Part shown: piece after piece, positions 26,313 through 29,902 of the stretch
Position numbering within the stretch: position 1 is the first letter of the stretch
Layout: each line of letters begins with the position of its first letter
Assembly (NCBI GenBank): GCA_948829205.1
Contig: CAQLOA010000001.1
Location: 1-29,902, forward strand
Length of the DNA stretch: 29,902 bases
Direction: 5' to 3'
From: an uncultured Eggerthellaceae bacterium
GTDB lineage: Bacteria > Actinomycetota > Coriobacteriia > Coriobacteriales > Eggerthellaceae
Made by a program: the position numbers and the translations under genes
The notes under the pieces: model-generated
Databases searched by the model: none
The model's input: the letters and a program-made list of their open reading frames with translations, nothing else
What the model was told of the DNA's origin: nothing

Positions 26313-26401
26313 AACGCCAAGCGGGGCCGTGAGCGGATTTCTAACGACATCGCTTTACGTCGCGTTGTCATGCCGAACAGAAAATCGATATGGAGATCTA
26401 T

Positions 26402-27160
26402 ATGACAAAGACGCTGGTCGTGGGCGACATCCATCTGAAGGCTTACGACATTCTGCCGAAGGTGGACGATGTCCTAGAAAACGACGAGAGCATATCCCGC
26501 GTGGTGTTCCTGGGAGACATGTGCGACGAATGGAACTCCGACGACGGATGCATGATGCGCGAATTGGAGGAGTTCGCCGACTGGGTGGAGGCGCGCCGCG
26601 TAGACGGCCTGGTCGTCGACGTGCTGCTCGGCAACCACGACTTCCAGTACCTGCTTGGTCAGCCCGGTCCCGGCACGCACGATGCACTATACGGATTCGT
26701 CAAGTCGGTGCTGCTTCCGCTGAACCCCCGCATGGCGTGCGAGGTGGACGGTTTCTTGCTAACGCACGCTGGCCTTACGCAGGCTTATGCGGATGAGAAT
26801 CTAAGCGAGCCCGAAGATGCGGCAGATGCGGCTGACCAGCTCAATGAGCTTCTGGACGATGGCACCCTCGAAGCCTTCGAGACGCTTGCACAATGCGGCA
26901 TCGGACGGGGCGGCGACGAAACCCCCAGCCCGCTTTGGGCGGACAAGTGGGAACTCGAGGAGGACCCCGTAGCAGGCATTCCGCAGATCGTCGGGCATAC
27001 CCCCGTGGCAACAGTATGCACGGGCGAAGGGGCACGGCTCGAAGACGCTCCGGAGCTTTGGTTCTGCGACACGTTCTCGCTGATGTCGAACATGGTCCCC
27101 ATAGGCGACGGAAGCATGCTAATCGTCGACGACGACACCATAAATGTTGTTCATCCGTGA
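26402..27160 (+). CDS. Calcineurin-like metallophosphoesterase
   Basis: GDIH, FLGDMCD, LGNHD, THAG and VGHTP motifs. Confidence 0.92.
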   Translation: MTKTLVVGDIHLKAYDILPKVDDVLENDESISRVVFLGDMCDEWNSDDGCMMRELEEFADWVEARRVDGLVVDVLLGNHDFQYLLGQPGPGTHDALYGFVKSVLLPLNPRMACEVDGFLLTHAGLTQAYADENLSEPEDAADAADQLNELLDDGTLEAFETLAQCGIGRGGDETPSPLWADKWELEEDPVAGIPQIVGHTPVATVCTGEGARLEDAPELWFCDTFSLMSNMVPIGDGSMLIVDDDTINVVHP

Positions 27161-27359
27161 GAGAGTATGGAGTCCGCTTTCGACAAGGACAGCAAGCTCA
27201 AAGAATACGAGCTTGAACTGCCCAAATGGGAGAGGCGACATGCCTAGACCTTAAGCCAGGTCAGTATCTGCAAGACGCCCTTCGCCTTGATTAGTTTCTC
27301 GAACCGTTTTCCTATTCGTCAAGAGGAAGCACGCGTCGCATGCCAGATCGCGAACTCGT

Positions 27360-27992
27360 TCAATACCTACCCTTATAGACGCGCTTGGCTTCTTCGGTCC
27401 ACTTGCGGACGAACTCCGTCTTGCCTTCCGTGTAGGCATCGCGGTCATGTTCATGCTCGCGCCATAGAGACAGCTTCAGTCGCTGATAGTCCTCCGCTAC
27501 GTCAGGATGCTCTTTCAGACAGTCCCTGAAGTAAAGCTCGTCGTTGTCGCCGCAGTGGCGAAGATGCACATGGAAGACTTCCTCCGCAAACCCATCCAAT
27601 GTGCAGCCGTAGTTGAGAGATATGCGCGACAGGCTTTCTGACATGCGAATGAAACCCTTGCGCTCAAGCCTTTCGGCCAGTGCATCGAGGCTCTGTTCCG
27701 CCCCAACCTCGACCAGGACGTCCACGATGTCCTTGGCCCATATGCCCTTAATGGCAGTGCTCCCGATATGGCATACACGCACGTCACCAGCGCCCGACAG
27801 CAATTCATGCAGAAGCCGTTCCATGTTTTGGTACCGCTGCGCCCATTCCGGATTTGGCGCCACCAGAGAAATGGGGAACAACTCCCAGAGCTCCTGCAGA
27901 CTCATGGCCCGAAGCCTCGCCGCCTCGCCTGTGCTTTTGCGCTCGAACACATCATCGGCCCATCGTATCCGATTTCTATGCCGATCAATCAT
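27360..27992 (-). CDS. GrpB-family protein (nucleotidyltransferase-like); start uncertain (27905-27992)
   Basis: HIGSTAIKGIWAKDIVDVLV, HVH, YFRD.L..HP..A..Y..LK and YTEGKTEFV. Confidence 0.85.
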   Translation of the reverse strand: MIDRHRNRIRWADDVFERKSTGEAARLRAMSLQELWELFPISLVAPNPEWAQRYQNMERLLHELLSGAGDVRVCHIGSTAIKGIWAKDIVDVLVEVGAEQSLDALAERLERKGFIRMSESLSRISLNYGCTLDGFAEEVFHVHLRHCGDNDELYFRDCLKEHPDVAEDYQRLKLSLWREHEHDRDAYTEGKTEFVRKWTEEAKRVYKGRY

Positions 27993-28100
27993 CGCGAGAA
28001 AAAGGTCGACACAACGTAAACCACACTGCGGCTGAAAAACGCAGTCTCCGCGAACCGCATTGATTTCCGCAGAGCAATTTGCATGCTTTTGAGCTGCCCG

Positions 28101-28273
28101 TGTACAAAAATGACGAGAATCGGTACTTTTGACGAAGTCTGCAATGGGGGTCTACCGAAACCCAAAGAAGCAACTTAAAGAAACCCCAGGTAGAGGCGTT
28201 GCAAACGAGTTGTTTGCTCACAAGGCTAATCAAAAGGGCTCTCAAAAGTACCGATTTCCGTCGTTTTTGTACA
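28101..28273. repeat. MITE-like element with 32-bp terminal inverted repeats
   Basis: 28101-28132 versus the reverse complement of 28242-28273: 29/32 identical. An inner imperfect IR is TGCAA..TCTACC/GGTAGA..TTGCA. Confidence 0.65.
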
Positions 28274-28451
28274 TGAAAGCCCTGAAACTTGGCAATAGAC
28301 CCTTTTCCAAAATCCATGCAGCCAAAGCGGCTCGGGCGCAGCTTGCTGCGCCCCTACATCAACCCTAAACCCCTTTGCTCGTAGGATGACGCGTACTTTG
28401 GCACGCAAGGAGTTCTTGGAGGTCGAAGATGACGTGCTGGGGAAAGCTTGA

Positions 28452-28544
28452 TGGCGGAGGAGTAGGGATTCGAACCCTAGATACCGGGAACGCCGGTATA
28501 ACGGTTTTCGAGACCGCCGCCTTCGACCACTCAGCCACTCCTCC
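28452..28544 (-). tRNA. tRNA-Ser(CGA)
   Basis: GGAGGAG acceptor stem, anticodon arm GCGGT-CTCGAAA-ACCGT, long variable arm, GGTTCGAATCC and encoded CCA. Confidence 0.97.
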
Positions 28545-28589
28545 GAAGACTAAAACCGCCCGAACGCGCACGACCATGCGATCAAAAAG

Positions 28590-28681
28590 TGGCGGAGAGG
28601 CGGGGATTCGAACCCCGGATACCCTTTTGAGGCATACACGATTTCCAATCGTGCTCCTTCGGCCAGCTCGGACACCTCTCC
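28590..28681 (-). tRNA. tRNA-Ser(GGA)
   Basis: GGAGAGG acceptor stem, anticodon arm CACGA-TTGGAAA-TCGTG, long variable arm, GGTTCGAATCC and encoded CCA. Confidence 0.97.
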
Positions 28682-28705
28682 GCGTCAAATGGCCGCATGC
28701 TACAT

Positions 28706-28745
28706 CAAGCAGCGAATGAACAGTATAGCGCACATTCGCTGCTTG
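28706..28745 (-). promoter_or_regulatory. 13-bp inverted repeat enclosing a candidate tRNA -10 box
   Basis: CAAGCAGCGAATG/CATTCGCTGCTTG; minus-strand TATACT (28722-28727) lies in the 14-nt loop. Confidence 0.5.
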
Positions 28746-28755
28746 GCGCATGAAG

Positions 28756-29901
28756 TTATTGCGAGCTCTCGGCCGCGTCCGCAGGGTTGGCCGCGTCGCT
28801 TGCAGCCTCGTCGGCTACCGCGTCCTCGGCCGCGCCCGCAGCCGCCGCGTCATCGGCGGCAGCCGCGGCATCGTCGCCTGCGGCCGCAGCCGCATCGGCG
28901 TCTCCGGCCGCTGCCTCGGCAGCCCCGGTGTCGGCCTCTTCCGCGGCGGTGCCGTTGATCAGCTCGTCAAGAGCCTTCTGCGTGATTTCGTCCGCTTCCT
29001 CCTGGGAATAGACGTCGCTCATGTCCACCTTGTAGGGAACGTTGTCGGGCATGGGGTTCACCACGACGTCGTTGGCGGGACGCATGCTGTCCAGCCAGTC
29101 GGTGTACTTGGTGTTGCCATCCGTCTCGATGGTGTTCGTCTTGATCTCGGCGACGAACTCCTCGGGCATGTCGCTGGAGCTGGTGATGGTCTCGGGCGCC
29201 GTCCACACGTCGGTTAGCTCGATGATGTGATAGCCATACTTCGACTCGGTCACCTCGCTTATGTCGCCGACGTTTTCCAGAGTGCCAATGGCGTCGGTGT
29301 ACTCGGTAACGAACGAGTTCGTCTTGTCCCAGCCCACGTCGCCACCGTTTTCCTTGGTGGTGTCGTCGGTGGAGTATTCGGCCACGGCGTCCTCGAAGGA
29401 CATCTCGCCGTTGAGGATCTTCTCGCGCACCTCGTTGGCGAGCTCCTGGTCGTTCTCGCCGAAAAGGATGTGCGACGTGCGCTTCGCTCCGGTGTAGGTG
29501 GCGGAACTTTCCTGCAGCTTGGCGACCAAAGTGTCCTCGTCCTCGAGCGAGGCCTCGACCTCGGCATCGAACTGGTCCTGCAGCTTCTTCTCGAGGATGC
29601 TGAAATGCAGCGCCTCCTTGTAGCCCTCGATGCCGTCCTGCCATCCGGCCTCGTCCACTGCGTTAAGCCACGCCTCCTCGCTGGAGTACTGCTCGGCCAT
29701 CTTGTCCACGTAGGACTGGATCTCCTCGTCGTCGGTGCTGACGCCCAGCTGCTCGGCGCACTGCTTGACGAGCTCCTGGTCGATGAGCGACCCGAGCATC
29801 TCGTAGCGCAGGCTTTCCACGGTGTACTTGCGGTTCTCGAGGTATTCCTTCCACTTGTCTTCCTCGGTATAGCCATATTGGATGCGGAAGTTGTTCGCGA
29901 T
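28756..29901 (-). CDS. PrsA/SurA-like peptidyl-prolyl isomerase (parvulin domain); 5' end outside the window
   Basis: The frame stays open to the window edge. Motifs TSHILF, FEDAVAEYSTD, NGGDVGW and ESKYGYHIIEL; Ala/Asp-rich tail. Confidence 0.9.
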   Translation of the reverse strand: MANNFRIQYGYTEEDKWKEYLENRKYTVESLRYEMLGSLIDQELVKQCAEQLGVSTDDEEIQSYVDKMAEQYSSEEAWLNAVDEAGWQDGIEGYKEALHFSILEKKLQDQFDAEVEASLEDEDTLVAKLQESSATYTGAKRTSHILFGENDQELANEVREKILNGEMSFEDAVAEYSTDDTTKENGGDVGWDKTNSFVTEYTDAIGTLENVGDISEVTESKYGYHIIELTDVWTAPETITSSSDMPEEFVAEIKTNTIETDGNTKYTDWLDSMRPANDVVVNPMPDNVPYKVDMSDVYSQEEADEITQKALDELINGTAAEEADTGAAEAAAGDADAAAAAGDDAAAAADDAAAAGAAEDAVADEAASDAANPADAAESSQ

Positions 29902-29902
29902 A

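Noticed and set aside
23176..28450. Intact prophage or ICE at tRNA-Ser
   Set aside because: No integrase, att duplication, structural or conjugation genes were seen.
28365..28751. ORFs overlapping the tRNA genes
   Set aside because: Spurious translations of tRNA sequence.
28760..28950. GCC-rich short repeats
   Set aside because: They encode the Ala/Asp low-complexity tail of the PPIase; this is not an array.
1..29902. CRISPR array, rRNA, reverse transcriptase or transposase
   Set aside because: No repeat-spacer periodicity and no corresponding motifs in any ORF.

Overview
High-GC bacterial DNA whose gene content (12-TM LuxR regulator, DMSO-reductase-family molybdoenzyme, DUF364) suggests an Eggerthellaceae/Coriobacteriia anaerobe; the taxon is inferred. 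Left to right: a truncated C45-like lipoprotein with a divergent LuxR regulator, an MFS-CBS fusion, a lysyl-PG synthase TM-domain protein, an MFS and an ABC ATPase, and a HigBA-like TA pair. Next is a ~14 kb molybdenum block: a pyrogallol-transhydroxylase-like alpha/beta enzyme with two atypical NCS2 permeases and a divergent membrane LuxR sensor, then moeA, a FecCD-type ABC importer, an NTPase and DUF364. The right end holds an AT-richer islet (orphan membrane proteins, AbrB-PIN TA, metallophosphoesterase, GrpB) next to two tRNA-Ser genes and a partial PPIase foldase. The best candidate new system is the transhydroxylase-family enzyme with NCS2 permeases that carry altered substrate-binding motifs. 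There are also several unexplained structured non-coding elements, one of which recurs in part 19.5 kb away. All family calls come from motif recognition by eye; no searches were run.
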